This document shows, piece by piece, positions 22,733 to 33,165 of a stretch of 64,000 nt of DNA; within the stretch, counting starts at the first letter, position 1; every line of letters starts with the position of its first letter. The notes under the pieces are model-generated. The model saw only the letters and a list, made by a program, of their open reading frames with translations. It was not told where the DNA came from and searched no databases. Origin of the DNA: Synechococcales cyanobacterium VAR_4_metabat_354 (GTDB lineage: Bacteria > Cyanobacteriota > Cyanobacteriia > Cyanobacteriales > Chamaesiphonaceae); assembly GCA_031414775.1 (NCBI GenBank), contig JANOQI010000035.1:30609-94608 (forward strand), read 5' to 3'. The translations under genes were made by a program, and so were the position numbers.

Positions 22733-24078
22733 GAGTTGCTTTGAGATAGACAGAGCTGACGGAAATCGTCGCCGCGTTCTTCAAAACTGCGGTATTGATC
22801 AAAGCTGGCGCAGGCCGGTGATAGCAACACTACTTTTGCTTGATACTTAGTGGCCAATGCTGTTGATCGAGGCACTGCTCTGGCCATCGTTTCCACAATT
22901 TCATATTGATCGAACCCCACGGCCTGCAACCGCTGGGCAAACTGGGGAGCGGCATTCCCAATTAACAACACCGCTGCTGCTTTCTTTTGAATATTAGCCA
23001 ACCAACTAGTATCATCACCTTCTTTGGGATCACCACCCGCAATCAAAATCGCCGGGGTATCCACCGCCATCAGCCCCACATCCGCTGCGTCGTAGTTGGT
23101 AGCTTTACTGTCATTGATATAGTCCACGCCCTGCCAGGTGCAGATATATTCCAAGCGGTGTGCCACCCCAGCAAAACTACTGACAGCTTGCTGGATCGCC
23201 GCTTTGTCAATACCGGCTAGATGCGCTGCCGCCACCGCCATTAATAGATTCTGGCGATTATGGCTACCGGGCATCTTTAGATCAGCGATCGACAGAATTT
23301 GTTCGCCTTGGCATACTACCCAACCATCAGCAATATAAGTACCTTGAGCCTTATCGCCCAGCACTTGCTCATAGCCATTGATACTTGTCCAAAATGCCCG
23401 AGGCCAGTCAGCGGCATGAGCAGCCAGAAAAGGATCATCACCATTCAAGATCTGAAATTCGGAATTATTCAGCAGCTTCGACTTAATTTGGTAATAATTT
23501 TCGACGGTGGTGTGACGCGCTAAATGGTCGGGGGTGAGAGTGGTGAAAATCCCTATCTTGGGAGCCAGCGTGTTGGAAGATTCGATCTGGTAGCTGCTCA
23601 GTTCGGCAATCACCCAGTCGGGATTTTTGTCTAATAATGCTAATTCACAGGCGGCATAGCCAATGTTGCCACAGGCCAGGGTATTGAACTGTGCGGCTTG
23701 AAAAATAGCGGCTACTAGTGCTGTGGTGGTAGTTTTACCATTGGTGCCGGTAATTCCTAGCCAGGGCTGCGATTGCAGTGATCGCCAGGCTAATTCTACT
23801 TCTCCAATCGTTTCAATACCCAAGGCGCGGGCTTGTACCAAGGCGGGTACATCCCAAGGCACCCCCGGACTGACCACAATTAAGTCCAGCTCAGGATTAG
23901 GCGAAAAACCATCTCCCAGCTTGACAATGATGCCTGGATCAGTGACTTGCTGAGCCTGCGTTACTAAGATCTCGTTCTGACCTCGATCGCTCAATGTGAC
24001 AGCATAACCCTGTTGGCGTAGTAATTTAGCAGCGGCAATCCCCGAGCGACCCAGACCAATAACAGTAGATGTAGGCAT
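22729..24078 (-). CDS. murD: UDP-N-acetylmuramoyl-L-alanine--D-glutamate ligase
   Basis: [54 protein letters not shown]. Confidence 0.98.
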   Translation of the reverse strand: MPTSTVIGLGRSGIAAAKLLRQQGYAVTLSDRGQNEILVTQAQQVTDPGIIVKLGDGFSPNPELDLIVVSPGVPWDVPALVQARALGIETIGEVELAWRSLQSQPWLGITGTNGKTTTTALVAAIFQAAQFNTLACGNIGYAACELALLDKNPDWVIAELSSYQIESSNTLAPKIGIFTTLTPDHLARHTTVENYYQIKSKLLNNSEFQILNGDDPFLAAHAADWPRAFWTSINGYEQVLGDKAQGTYIADGWVVCQGEQILSIADLKMPGSHNRQNLLMAVAAAHLAGIDKAAIQQAVSSFAGVAHRLEYICTWQGVDYINDSKATNYDAADVGLMAVDTPAILIAGGDPKEGDDTSWLANIQKKAAAVLLIGNAAPQFAQRLQAVGFDQYEIVETMARAVPRSTALATKYQAKVVLLSPACASFDQYRSFEERGDDFRQLCLSQSNS

Positions 24079-24130
24079 AGTTTATGGTTAATTCCAGTTA
24101 ATTCCACCAAAGAGTGGTGAAACGACCAGC

Positions 24131-26290
24131 CTATTGCTTTACGATCTCACCAAAATCAGCCAGGATTCTAGCATGATTGCGGAGCAATCCCAATAAATTC
24201 AAGCGATTAGCCTTAATTTCGGGGTTGGGGTCCATCACTAACACGCTATCTTCCCCATCAAAGAAACCAGTCACTGTTGGCGCGATCTGCACCAAGGCAT
24301 CGACCAGCAGTTGATAATTGCGATCGGCTTGAGCCGCCTGAGTAGTTGGCACCAAAGCCGTGACGGCATCGTAAAAGTTTTTCTCTGAGGTTTTAGCAAA
24401 CAAATTAGGCTGCACCAGTTCCTGCGGATCTAAAACTTGGGTATTCAAGGTGCCTTGCTTGGAAAGCTTAGCCGATCGATTAACAATCGGATAGATAGTA
24501 GCCAGTTGGCCGTTGCTTCTAATTTCTTGCAAGAAGATTGCTCGATCGCGCAAATCCAACAAATCACTTAAACCGCGCTGGCTGTACTCAGGGTCGTTTT
24601 CGGCCAAAACAGCATTTACTAAGTCGTAGTCAATAGCATGATCTTCTTGAAGAGCGGTGCGTAGACGTTTCAGGAAAAAGTCGCGCAGTTGCTCGGTTAA
24701 CTCGGCACTGTTTAATTTAGCTACGCTGCTATAGGACTGCTGGAAATTGGCCACTAGTTGATCGATCAATTCCCACAAATTTAGTTGCAGACCGGTTTGC
24801 CAAATAATATTGACGATCGCATTAGCCGCCCGGCGCAGGGCAAAAGGATCGGAGGAACCGGTCGGAATCAGTCCTAAGCCGAATATGCAAACCAAAGTAT
24901 CCAGTCGATCGGCTAAACCCACCACTTGTCCACAGAGAGTTAATGGCAAGCTATCTTCGGCATTGCGGGGCAAATAATGCTCCCGAATACCCTGGGCAAC
25001 TTGGAGGTCTTCCTGTTGCGCGACGGCATATTTTTCGCCCATAATCCCTTGCAGCTCCGGGAATTCGCCGACCATCTGGGTGACTAAATCGGCCTTGCAA
25101 AGTTGAGTCGTTCGATCGATCTGTTGTTTTTGGGCAGCAGAGAGGTGGAGAGACTCGGCAATTAAAGCGGCATTAACTGTTAACCTCCCGACCTTCTGCG
25201 CCATCGAACCTAAATCGGCCTGGAAGGTGACAGTGGCTAGCTTGGCCACATAGTCTGCCAAAGGCTGAGCCAGGTCGGCCTGGTAAAAATATTGGCCGTC
25301 GGCCAGCCGCGCCCGAATCACCCGCCCATTGCCCGCTGCAATAATGGCAGATTTGGCTGGATCGCCATTGCTGACCGTAATGAAATAGGGCAGCAGTTTT
25401 TGTTTGGAAGCATCAGTAAACAGCGGAAAATAACGCTGGTGGGTCACCATCACCGTGGTAATCACTTCGATTGGTAGTGCCAAAAATTCTGGTTCAAACT
25501 CACCGACCACCGCTGTCGGGAATTCTACTAAGTCGGTCACTTCTTCTAGTAAGTCGGGATACAGTTCGGTCACACCGCCTTTGTGGGTGGCCGCCGCTAA
25601 AATCTGGGTACTGATTTCTTGGAACCGCGCCGCTCGATCGACCTTCACCGCAGCTGCCGCTAAGGTATTTACGTAGGCATCAGGACTGTCGATCGACACT
25701 GGCTCTGGATGAAGTACCCGGTGAGTGTGGGTCATTCGATCGCTCTTAATTTCTTCTTGGTCATTCACCAAACTAATTGGCATGATCTCCTTGCCCCACA
25801 GTGCCACCAACCAGCGAATTGGCCGGGGAAACTTCAGATCGCCATCCGCCCAGCGCATCATCCGCTTGCCTTCCAAGCCAAAAATCCACTGGGGAATCTG
25901 CTCGGTCAAAATCTCGGTAGTTTGCCGTCCTGGGATCTGTTTGGTAACAAAAACAAAATCTCCTTTATCGGTGGGACGGATTGTCAAGTCGTTTAATTCT
26001 ACACCCTGCTTCTTGGCAAACCCCGCCCCGGCTGGCGTTGGCTGGCCATTTTTAAAGGCGGCTCCAGCTGGTGGCCCCTTAATTTCTTCGGTTCGATCAA
26101 GCTGCTGGTCTGGTAGACCCTCAATCAACACCGCTAGCCGCCGAGGCGTACTATAAACCTGTATGCTGCCATATTCCAGATGCTGCTCTTGTAAACGAGC
26201 TGGAATCAGTCGCTGCCATTGTTTGGTAGCATCGCCCACAAATCCAGCGGGTAGGTCTTCGGTACCGACTTCAAGCAGAAAATTAGGCAT
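24131..26290 (-). CDS. glyS: Glycine--tRNA ligase beta subunit
   Basis: [59 protein letters not shown]. Confidence 0.97.
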   Translation of the reverse strand: MPNFLLEVGTEDLPAGFVGDATKQWQRLIPARLQEQHLEYGSIQVYSTPRRLAVLIEGLPDQQLDRTEEIKGPPAGAAFKNGQPTPAGAGFAKKQGVELNDLTIRPTDKGDFVFVTKQIPGRQTTEILTEQIPQWIFGLEGKRMMRWADGDLKFPRPIRWLVALWGKEIMPISLVNDQEEIKSDRMTHTHRVLHPEPVSIDSPDAYVNTLAAAAVKVDRAARFQEISTQILAAATHKGGVTELYPDLLEEVTDLVEFPTAVVGEFEPEFLALPIEVITTVMVTHQRYFPLFTDASKQKLLPYFITVSNGDPAKSAIIAAGNGRVIRARLADGQYFYQADLAQPLADYVAKLATVTFQADLGSMAQKVGRLTVNAALIAESLHLSAAQKQQIDRTTQLCKADLVTQMVGEFPELQGIMGEKYAVAQQEDLQVAQGIREHYLPRNAEDSLPLTLCGQVVGLADRLDTLVCIFGLGLIPTGSSDPFALRRAANAIVNIIWQTGLQLNLWELIDQLVANFQQSYSSVAKLNSAELTEQLRDFFLKRLRTALQEDHAIDYDLVNAVLAENDPEYSQRGLSDLLDLRDRAIFLQEIRSNGQLATIYPIVNRSAKLSKQGTLNTQVLDPQELVQPNLFAKTSEKNFYDAVTALVPTTQAAQADRNYQLLVDALVQIAPTVTGFFDGEDSVLVMDPNPEIKANRLNLLGLLRNHARILADFGEIVKQ

Positions 26291-26367
26291 AAACAAATTT
26301 TTAAAGCAACTAGAAACAAATTCAGGGCAGATTGCCACTAGTTTAGGATATCGCATCCTCAGCGGCG

Positions 26368-26628
26368 CTAGCCCCCACTGACTGGCGGAATCAATACCAA
26401 TTCATCGCCAGCTTCTAAAATAGTTTCGGAAGGAACGAACTGGAGATTAACACCCAGTCTAGTCACCGACTGCCAGGCCGCGAGCGCTGGATATTGATTA
26501 ATTATTTGAGCCAGAACTTGGCCAGCCGTGGTGCCGATCGAGACTTGCTGCTCAATTTGGTCGGTGCCCAGCACTTCTTGAAAAATCGCAAAAAGTTTAA
26601 CCCGAATTGAAATGGAGTCAACCGCCAT
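26368..26628 (-). CDS. moaD: MoaD/ThiS-family sulfur carrier
   Basis: IRVKLFA, GVNLQFV, C-terminal LIPPVSGG. Confidence 0.92.
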   Translation of the reverse strand: MAVDSISIRVKLFAIFQEVLGTDQIEQQVSIGTTAGQVLAQIINQYPALAAWQSVTRLGVNLQFVPSETILEAGDELVLIPPVSGG

Positions 26629-26666
26629 AAGGAAAAGCTTGAAAGTAATATCTAAAATTCTAATAG

Positions 26667-26718
26667 AAAAAGCTCCCAGCCAAGACCAGGAGCAACAAAT
26701 CAGGGTGCATCTACCTCT
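26667..26718 (-). ncRNA. NsiR1-like small RNA, copy A (ends approximate)
   Basis: Minus strand reads AGGTAGATGCACCCTGATTTGTT-GCTCCTGGTCTTGGCTGGGAGC-TTTTT, a GGTAGATGCACC motif followed by a terminator hairpin. Duplicated 125 bp away. The NsiR1 name rests on a recalled motif. Confidence 0.6.
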
Positions 26719-26791
26719 GATATATCCGTTCACAATGACTAGCAATCAGGATGATTTTAAATAGTTGTTTATGTTGTTGATGACAAACAAT

Positions 26792-26843
26792 AAAAATCTC
26801 CTAGCCGAGGCCAGGAGTGAGTAATAAAGGTGCATCTACCTGT
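26792..26843 (-). ncRNA. NsiR1-like small RNA, copy B (ends approximate)
   Basis: Minus strand reads AGGTAGATGCACCTTTATTACTCA-CTCCTGGCCTCGGCTAGGAG-ATTTTT. Confidence 0.6.
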
Positions 26844-27039
26844 GCTGTATACATAGCGATCTCCATCCCTTCAGGAAGTTTTGATGACTGATCTGAATAT
26901 TTGTTGGGTTATATTTATCTATGAGAGCATTCTGGCTGAAAAATTTCGGTTAGACTTAAACATTGCCAGTGGTTTTGGGAGCAAATTAGAGATGGAATTA
27001 GGGCTAGCTGATACTAAATACCAAGAAGAAGTAATTACC

Positions 27040-29007
27040 ATGACGGAGCAGCTAGTCAGTGGATCGGGAAAAAAGAAGAAAAAGCACAAAGAAGGCAAAG
27101 GCGGATCTTGGTCGATCGAAGATAGCGAGAAGCAATATCGGATCAATGGCTGGGGTGAACCATACTTTTCAATTAATGCTGCTGGTCACGTTACTGTTTC
27201 CCCCCGCGGTGATCGTGGCGGCTCCCTAGATTTATTCGATTTAGTGAACTCTCTCAAAGATCGAAATTTGGCCTTGCCCCTGTTGATCCGCTTCTCCGAC
27301 ATTTTAGAAGACCGGCTGGAACGACTCAACGCCTCTTTTGCCAAAGCGATTGCCCGTTACAACTACGGTGGCAGTTATCGGGGGGTATTTCCGATTAAGT
27401 GCAACCAGCAACGCCATTTGGTCGAAGACTTAGTAAAGTTTGGTAAGCCCTATCAATTTGGTCTAGAGGCTGGCTCCAAGCCAGAGCTAATGATTGCCCT
27501 GGCCACTTTAGATACGCCTGGTTCTCTCATTATCTGTAATGGCTATAAGGATCGGGAATATGTGGAAACAGCGATGCTGGCTCAGAAACTTGGCCAAACA
27601 CCGATTATTGTGTTGGAGCAAATCGAAGAAGTAGAACTGGCGATCGAAGCAGCTAAATCCTTAGGTATTGAACCAAATTTGGGTGTGCGTGCCAAGCTCA
27701 ACAGCCGAGGGATGGGACGCTGGGGAACTTCCAGCGGCGATCGAGCCAAGTTTGGCCTGACTATTCCCGAAATCATCATGGTGGTCGATCGGCTAAAGGA
27801 TGCCAAGATGTTGAACTGCTTGCAGCTGCTTCATTTTCATATTGGCTCGCAAATTTCTTCGATTTCGGTAATCAAAGAAGCCATTGCCGAAGCCAGTAGA
27901 ATTTATGTGGAGCTGGCCGAACTGGGTGCCAACATGAAGTATTTAGATGTCGGCGGCGGCTTGGGAGTAGATTATGACGGTTCTCAGACCAACTTTCATG
28001 CTTCTAAAAATTACAATATTCAAAATTATGCCAACGACATTGTGGCGGAAGTGAAAGATGCTTGCAGCGAACGCAAGATCCCCGCTCCAATTTTGGTGAG
28101 TGAAAGCGGTCGGGCGGTTGCTTCCCACCAATCGGTATTAATTTTTGATGTACTGGGCAGCAGTGAAGTCCGCACCGATCTACCCAACGCTCCCACCGAT
28201 AAGGAGCATCAGGTGATCCGGAACCTCTGGGACACCTACCAAACCATCACCACAGAGAATTTCCAAGAGGCTTATCACGATATCACTCAGTTTAAAGAAG
28301 AGGCCCTGAATCGCTTTAACTTAGGCTACTTGAGTATTACCGAACGGGCGCGAGCTGAGCAGTTTTACTGGGCCAGCTGTAAGAAAATCATGGACATTAT
28401 CAATGATCTAGATTATGTACCAGACGATTTGGAAGATCTGGAGCAGATGATGGCTTCGATTTACTACGTGAATATGTCAGTTTTTCAGTCGGCACCAGAC
28501 AGTTGGGCGATCGATCAATTATTTCCGATCATGCCGATTCATCGTCTGGATGAGGAGCCGGTGAAGCGGGGGATTTTGGCGGATCTGACTTGTGATAGTG
28601 ATGGCAAAATCGACCAATTTATTGATTTGCGGGATGTGAAACCAGTACTGGAACTGCATCACTTGAAGAAGAATAAGCCCTATTATTTGGCGTTGTTTTT
28701 GGGTGGCGCTTATCAAGAAATTATGGGGAATCTGCACAATTTATTTGGTGATACCAATGCGGTACATATCAAGCTGACCCCGAAGGGCTATCAAATCGAG
28801 CATGTGGTGAAGGGCGACACCATGAAGGAAGTAGTGGGATATGTACAGTATGATGCCGAGGATTTGGTAGAGAATATTCGGAAGAAGTCGGAGCAGGCGT
28901 TGCTGGAGAAAAAGATTACCCTCCAGGAATCGCAGCACTTGTTACAGAATTATGAGAGTAGTCTGGGGCGCTATACCTATCTATCACCTAAAGATTCCAA
29001 GGATTGA
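27040..29007 (+). CDS. speA: Biosynthetic arginine decarboxylase (start could be 26992)
   Basis: WGEPYFSIN, PLLIRFSDIL, FPIKCNQ (PLP Lys), GLEAGSKPEL, HFHIGSQI, DVGGGLG, ADLTCDSDG, GAYQEIMGNLHNLFGD. Confidence 0.97.
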   Translation: MTEQLVSGSGKKKKKHKEGKGGSWSIEDSEKQYRINGWGEPYFSINAAGHVTVSPRGDRGGSLDLFDLVNSLKDRNLALPLLIRFSDILEDRLERLNASFAKAIARYNYGGSYRGVFPIKCNQQRHLVEDLVKFGKPYQFGLEAGSKPELMIALATLDTPGSLIICNGYKDREYVETAMLAQKLGQTPIIVLEQIEEVELAIEAAKSLGIEPNLGVRAKLNSRGMGRWGTSSGDRAKFGLTIPEIIMVVDRLKDAKMLNCLQLLHFHIGSQISSISVIKEAIAEASRIYVELAELGANMKYLDVGGGLGVDYDGSQTNFHASKNYNIQNYANDIVAEVKDACSERKIPAPILVSESGRAVASHQSVLIFDVLGSSEVRTDLPNAPTDKEHQVIRNLWDTYQTITTENFQEAYHDITQFKEEALNRFNLGYLSITERARAEQFYWASCKKIMDIINDLDYVPDDLEDLEQMMASIYYVNMSVFQSAPDSWAIDQLFPIMPIHRLDEEPVKRGILADLTCDSDGKIDQFIDLRDVKPVLELHHLKKNKPYYLALFLGGAYQEIMGNLHNLFGDTNAVHIKLTPKGYQIEHVVKGDTMKEVVGYVQYDAEDLVENIRKKSEQALLEKKITLQESQHLLQNYESSLGRYTYLSPKDSKD

Positions 29008-29078
29008 TCAACCATTTCCGGACTTGTGTGATGAGGTGGTTTGGGAGATCGATCGCCAGCTGTAATACAATCAATAAA

Positions 29079-29092
29079 AGACCGATCGGTTT
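29079..29092. promoter_or_regulatory. Putative TetR operator 1
   Basis: AGACCGATCGGTTT palindrome just upstream of the tetR ATG. Confidence 0.7.
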
Positions 29093-29106
29093 TTAGATGG
29101 CTAGTT

Positions 29107-29697
29107 ATGTCCAAAGCCCAAATCACCCGCGCTCATATCATTCACCAAGCAGCCGCACTGTTCAATCAGCGTGGCTATGCGGGGGCATCGATCGCGGATA
29201 TTATGGCGGCTACCGGCTTGAAAAAAGGAGGAATTTACAACCACTTTCAAAGCAAAGACGAACTAGCGATCGAATCTTTTAATTATGCTGTCCAGCTCAT
29301 GCAAAAACGGTATGCGGTGGCTCTGCGTGGTCAACGCTCGGCAAAAGTCCGGTTGCAAGCGATGATCAACACTTTTTGTGAGACCGCTGCCAATCCCCCG
29401 ATTGCTGGGGGCTGTCCAATTTTGAACACAGCGATCGAAAGCGATCATGCTCACCCTGCGTTGCGGCATTGTGCCCAGCAAGCTATGGATCAATGGCAAC
29501 AGCTGTTAACCAAAATTCTGCGCTGGGGGATCGAACATGGCGAAGTGCAGCGATCGATCGATCCGGCCACTAGTGCCAGTATGATCATTGCGATCATGGA
29601 AGGTGCCATGATGATGTCGCAGCTTTATGGCGATCGCGTTTATCTAGAACGGGCGCGGCAGCATCTGCTCGATTATGTCAACACGTTATTGCTTTGA
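29107..29697 (+). CDS. TetR/AcrR-family regulator (LmrA/YxaF/NemR-like)
   Basis: LFNQRGYAGASIADIMAATGLKKGGIYNHFQSKDEL HTH and GGCPILN motif. Confidence 0.95.
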   Translation: MSKAQITRAHIIHQAAALFNQRGYAGASIADIMAATGLKKGGIYNHFQSKDELAIESFNYAVQLMQKRYAVALRGQRSAKVRLQAMINTFCETAANPPIAGGCPILNTAIESDHAHPALRHCAQQAMDQWQQLLTKILRWGIEHGEVQRSIDPATSASMIIAIMEGAMMMSQLYGDRVYLERARQHLLDYVNTLLL

Positions 29698-29733
29698 TGG
29701 CCGGATACTGGCCAAATTTTTTTAATCTCAAAC

Positions 29734-29747
29734 AGACCGATCGGTCT
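29734..29747. promoter_or_regulatory. Putative TetR operator 2
   Basis: Perfect palindrome AGACCGATCGGTCT upstream of the GST gene. Confidence 0.75.
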
Positions 29748-29782
29748 TAAACAATTTAGTTGCTAACTACTTGGAGTACACC

Positions 29783-30460
29783 ATGCTGAAATTTTATTAC
29801 CATCCCCTATCTCCGATCGCCCGGCGGGTGTGGCTGATGCTCTTAGAAAAACAGATTCCCCACCAACCTATTTTGGTCGATTTGGCTGCTCGTCAGCAGC
29901 TAGAGCCGGAGTTTTTGGCGCTCAGTCCTTTTCATCATGTACCCGTTATTGTCGATGGTGACTTGCGAGTAATTGAGTCGATCGCCATTATGGATTATTT
30001 GGAACTGCGCTACCCCTCGCCAACATTGATGCCCACGGATATCGCAGCCATTACCAAAATGCGGATGGTGCAAATGATCACAGTAAATGAATTAATGCCC
30101 AACTTCATACCAATCATCAACGCTGCTCACCAACCGATATCTGATACTGTGCATCAACGGTTAGCTACTGCTTGGCAATTTTTGGATGATGAATTACAAG
30201 ACCGAAAATATTTTGGTAGCTGGGGCGTAGGTGCTCAGCAGGAATATCAATTAAACCTAGGTGATATCGTGGCTGGTGCCGTCGTCCCCCTCTTTCATCG
30301 TTTGGACGTATCGTTAGCAGACTATCCCCGCCTAGATGCTTGGCGACAACGCATCGTCGAACGGCCAGCTTGGCAACAAACCAGGCCAGATGAAGACAGC
30401 TTCCAGCGCTGGCAACGGTGGATTCAGCTCCAAATTAAACGCCAGACTAAATCCAAATAA
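29783..30460 (+). CDS. Glutathione S-transferase
   Basis: FYYHPLSPIARRV, PEFLALSPFHHVPV, ESIAIMDYLE, LNLGDI, YPRLDAW..RPAWQ. Confidence 0.92.
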   Translation: MLKFYYHPLSPIARRVWLMLLEKQIPHQPILVDLAARQQLEPEFLALSPFHHVPVIVDGDLRVIESIAIMDYLELRYPSPTLMPTDIAAITKMRMVQMITVNELMPNFIPIINAAHQPISDTVHQRLATAWQFLDDELQDRKYFGSWGVGAQQEYQLNLGDIVAGAVVPLFHRLDVSLADYPRLDAWRQRIVERPAWQQTRPDEDSFQRWQRWIQLQIKRQTKSK

Positions 30461-30886
30461 CTAGCTGACAAACCGCGCCTGTAATTCGGGCGTGGGCACC
30501 ATACAAGTTTCCCGCCGTCCAAATAACCGAAACCGTTGGCGGGCAAACTCGGTGTAAGCCCAGTCGCGTAAAGGCTGGGGCAGCGCCTGAAAAGCTGCTA
30601 AAAATTGCCAACCGCCTTCTAGTCTGGATAATACGGCTAACGCGGCATCACTTTTGGTTAAAGCTCGGGGGCCATCAATCAACATCAGAGTTTGAATATC
30701 GGTGGGATCTAAACCATGCTGACGATAGAGTTGCTGGCCTAATTCGGACTGAATCGCCGCGAACTTGAAAATTTGCTGGCGATCGATCGCCACCACTATC
30801 TGCACAGCTGTATTACAGAAATTGCATACTCCATCAAACAAAATTAAATTTTGATACATATATAAAGGTGTCGATTGTTTGTTCAT
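30461..30886 (-). CDS. DCC-family thiol-disulfide oxidoreductase
   Basis: ILFDGVCNFCN, FAAIQS, KSDAAL, LRDWAY..R.RLFG..TCMVP. ATG overlaps the rnc stop (TGATG). Confidence 0.9.
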   Translation of the reverse strand: MNKQSTPLYMYQNLILFDGVCNFCNTAVQIVVAIDRQQIFKFAAIQSELGQQLYRQHGLDPTDIQTLMLIDGPRALTKSDAALAVLSRLEGGWQFLAAFQALPQPLRDWAYTEFARQRFRLFGRRETCMVPTPELQARFVS

Positions 30887-31599
30887 CAAACTTGCGCTGA
30901 TTTGCCGGCACCACTCAATTCCCAAAAAGCGACCTTGGCAGCTGTCTGCTGGGCGGCTTTTTTCGATTGACCAGTGCCACTGCCCCATAGTTTATCCTTT
31001 ACCCACACTTCCGCCGTAAACCGATATTCTGGTGCCGTTTTGACTGGTGATTCTTGCACTCGATATTCTGGCAATGTTTTATAGCGAGCTTGAGTTAGTT
31101 CTTGCAAGGCATCTTTGTAATTAAGCCGTGCCGGATCTTGTAAAATCTCGGTGCTCAGTTGCTGAAAATGTTCATCCAACCAGGGTCTAACTAGGGTCAG
31201 GTCTTTGGTCGTCAGGTAAAGTGCTCCCAACACCGACTCAAAAGCATCGGCCATCCGGGATACTTTCCCAGAAACATCACCAGCGGCGCTAGGTGCTAAG
31301 AGAAGATATCGATCGAATCCATAGCTTCCGGCTAATTTGGCCAAAACTTGGTCGCTAACCAAAACTTTTCGGACAGCCGAAAAATCACCCACCGTACCAT
31401 TGGGATAGTTTTCCCACAAAAACTCCGAAGCAGCTAACCGCACTACCGAATCGCCAATAAACTCCAACTGCTCATAATTTGGCAGACCCATAGTGGGATG
31501 AGTCAAAGCAATATCAAGTAGCTCCCAATTAACAATGGTAGTCTCCGGTAGACCCAGGCGACTAATCAAATTTTGTAATTGTTTCTGACGATTAGCCAC
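30886..31599 (-). CDS. rnc: Ribonuclease III
   Basis: ALTHPT, NYEQLEFIGDSV, ADAFESVLGALY, dsRBD NYKDALQELTQ...GTGQSKKAAQQ. Confidence 0.96.
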   Translation of the reverse strand: MANRQKQLQNLISRLGLPETTIVNWELLDIALTHPTMGLPNYEQLEFIGDSVVRLAASEFLWENYPNGTVGDFSAVRKVLVSDQVLAKLAGSYGFDRYLLLAPSAAGDVSGKVSRMADAFESVLGALYLTTKDLTLVRPWLDEHFQQLSTEILQDPARLNYKDALQELTQARYKTLPEYRVQESPVKTAPEYRFTAEVWVKDKLWGSGTGQSKKAAQQTAAKVAFWELSGAGKSAQV

Positions 31600-31636
31600 T
31601 GAATGATACGGAATCTTAGGTAAATTGAATTTATAA

Positions 31637-32000
31637 AGAGAGAGCTAGAACATAAGCCGGGTTCTGTTATTTTGATTGTTGCCAACCAAAACGGCGGTTA
31701 TCTATCTGGGATAGCTATTGCTAGCCACCTCAAGCGGGTTCTTTACGGGACAGGGAAAAAACCAACCTTTGCCCCTTCCTTGCTTCCAACCGGGGTTTAC
31801 CGAGCCAACACCTCTCGATGTTGCTGGTGCGCTCTTACCGCACCTTTGCACCCTTACCTTTACAGGCGGTATTTTTCTGTGGCACTATCCTCACGATCGC
31901 TCGCACTGGGCGTTACCCAGCAAGTTTGGTCTTTCGGAAGCCCGGACTTTCCTCAGCGCTGACTTTCATCAGTCTGCAACCACCTCGCCAACTCTCTCTC
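31637..32000 (-). ncRNA. rnpB: RNase P RNA (type A)
   Basis: Minus strand has GAGGAAAGTCCGGGCT, AGTGCCACAGAAA and ACAGAACCCGGCTTA. The GAGAGAG and CTCTCTC ends pair as P1. Confidence 0.98.
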
Positions 32001-32193
32001 TAGATTGATTCTAGAGGAATTTGTTGATAAGTCAATTACCCGCTATCAAGCGGAGTCCCGCCATGATGGCGACTGCTATATTTGGCATGGTTCAAAAAGA
32101 ACCATTTTTGGGTAACACTGCCACAACAGAACCGCAGTGACCTTCCTCCGATGTCATTTGATTGGATTATGCCCAATTTCTGATTTTTCGTTG

Positions 32194-33165
32194 CTAGTAA
32201 GCCCGCTTTAACACATAATCAGCCATCGCCACTAAAGCATCCCGTGATGCTGATGGTGGTAAGTCAGCGAGTTGTTCAATGGCTTGCTGGGTATGAAAAG
32301 TAGCCAATTCCCAAGATTTATTGATGCCTTGGCTATCGAGCACTAAGTATAAAGCTTTTTCCAAATCGCCCGCATTAGTAAATTCATTGGCAATCAAATC
32401 AGCTAGGGCAGGATGCTCCTGCATGGCATAAAGAGTGGGCGCAGTTAGATTACCACCGGCCAAGTCCGAACCGGCTGGTTTTCCCAGGGTTTCTGCCGAA
32501 CTGGTGAAGTCTAAAATATCATCCACAATCTGAAAAGCTAGCCCCAAATGCCGACCATAGAGATAAATCTTTTCACAGGCGGCCTCAGAAAGGTCGCTAA
32601 GAATAGCGGAAGCCTTAGCACTATTAGCTAGCAAGGATGCTGTCTTAAAATAGCTCTTTTCTAGATAGGTATCGATCGACAGTTCTGGGTCGAAGCTATT
32701 CAAGCTCTGCTGAATTTCACCCTCAGCTAAATCCATAATGACTTGAGAGAGTAGTTTGACCACCACTAGGTTATCGAGGTTAGCCAGATACCATGAAGAC
32801 TGGGCAAACAAGAAATCACCGGCCAAAACTGCTACCCGGTTACCAAATTGGTCGTGAACAGTGGGCAAACCGCGTCTGGTATCAGCAGTGTCTAGGACAT
32901 CATCGTGCACCAAGCTGGCTGTGTGGATCATCTCCGTGATCTCTGCCAATCGTCGATGACGGGGAGTAATATCTTCACCAGGCATCGTTGCCCGCCCAAT
33001 CAGTAGCACAATTGCCGGTCGCACGCGCTTGCCACCCGCCGAAAATAAATGTTCCGCAGCTGCGTACAGAATAGGGTGGCGGGCACCCACTAAAGATTTA
33101 AGATTTTCCGTCAAAACTTTCAAGTCAGCTTCAACAGGAGCGAAAAGAGAAGTCACCGAAGTCAT
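32194..33165 (-). CDS. sds: Solanesyl (trans-polyprenyl) diphosphate synthase
   Basis: GGKRVRP, IHTASLVHDDVLD..RRG, FKTASL, AFQIVDDILD, GKPAGSDL. Confidence 0.94.
   Translation of the reverse strand: MTSVTSLFAPVEADLKVLTENLKSLVGARHPILYAAAEHLFSAGGKRVRPAIVLLIGRATMPGEDITPRHRRLAEITEMIHTASLVHDDVLDTADTRRGLPTVHDQFGNRVAVLAGDFLFAQSSWYLANLDNLVVVKLLSQVIMDLAEGEIQQSLNSFDPELSIDTYLEKSYFKTASLLANSAKASAILSDLSEAACEKIYLYGRHLGLAFQIVDDILDFTSSAETLGKPAGSDLAGGNLTAPTLYAMQEHPALADLIANEFTNAGDLEKALYLVLDSQGINKSWELATFHTQQAIEQLADLPPSASRDALVAMADYVLKRAY

Noticed and set aside
26629..26745. Long N-terminal extension of moaD
   Set aside because: It runs through the sRNA unit and its terminator. MoaD proteins are about 80-90 aa, matching the 26628 start.
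31672..32008. Three plus-strand ORFs in the track
   Set aside because: They are antisense to the RNase P RNA gene and have no protein motifs.
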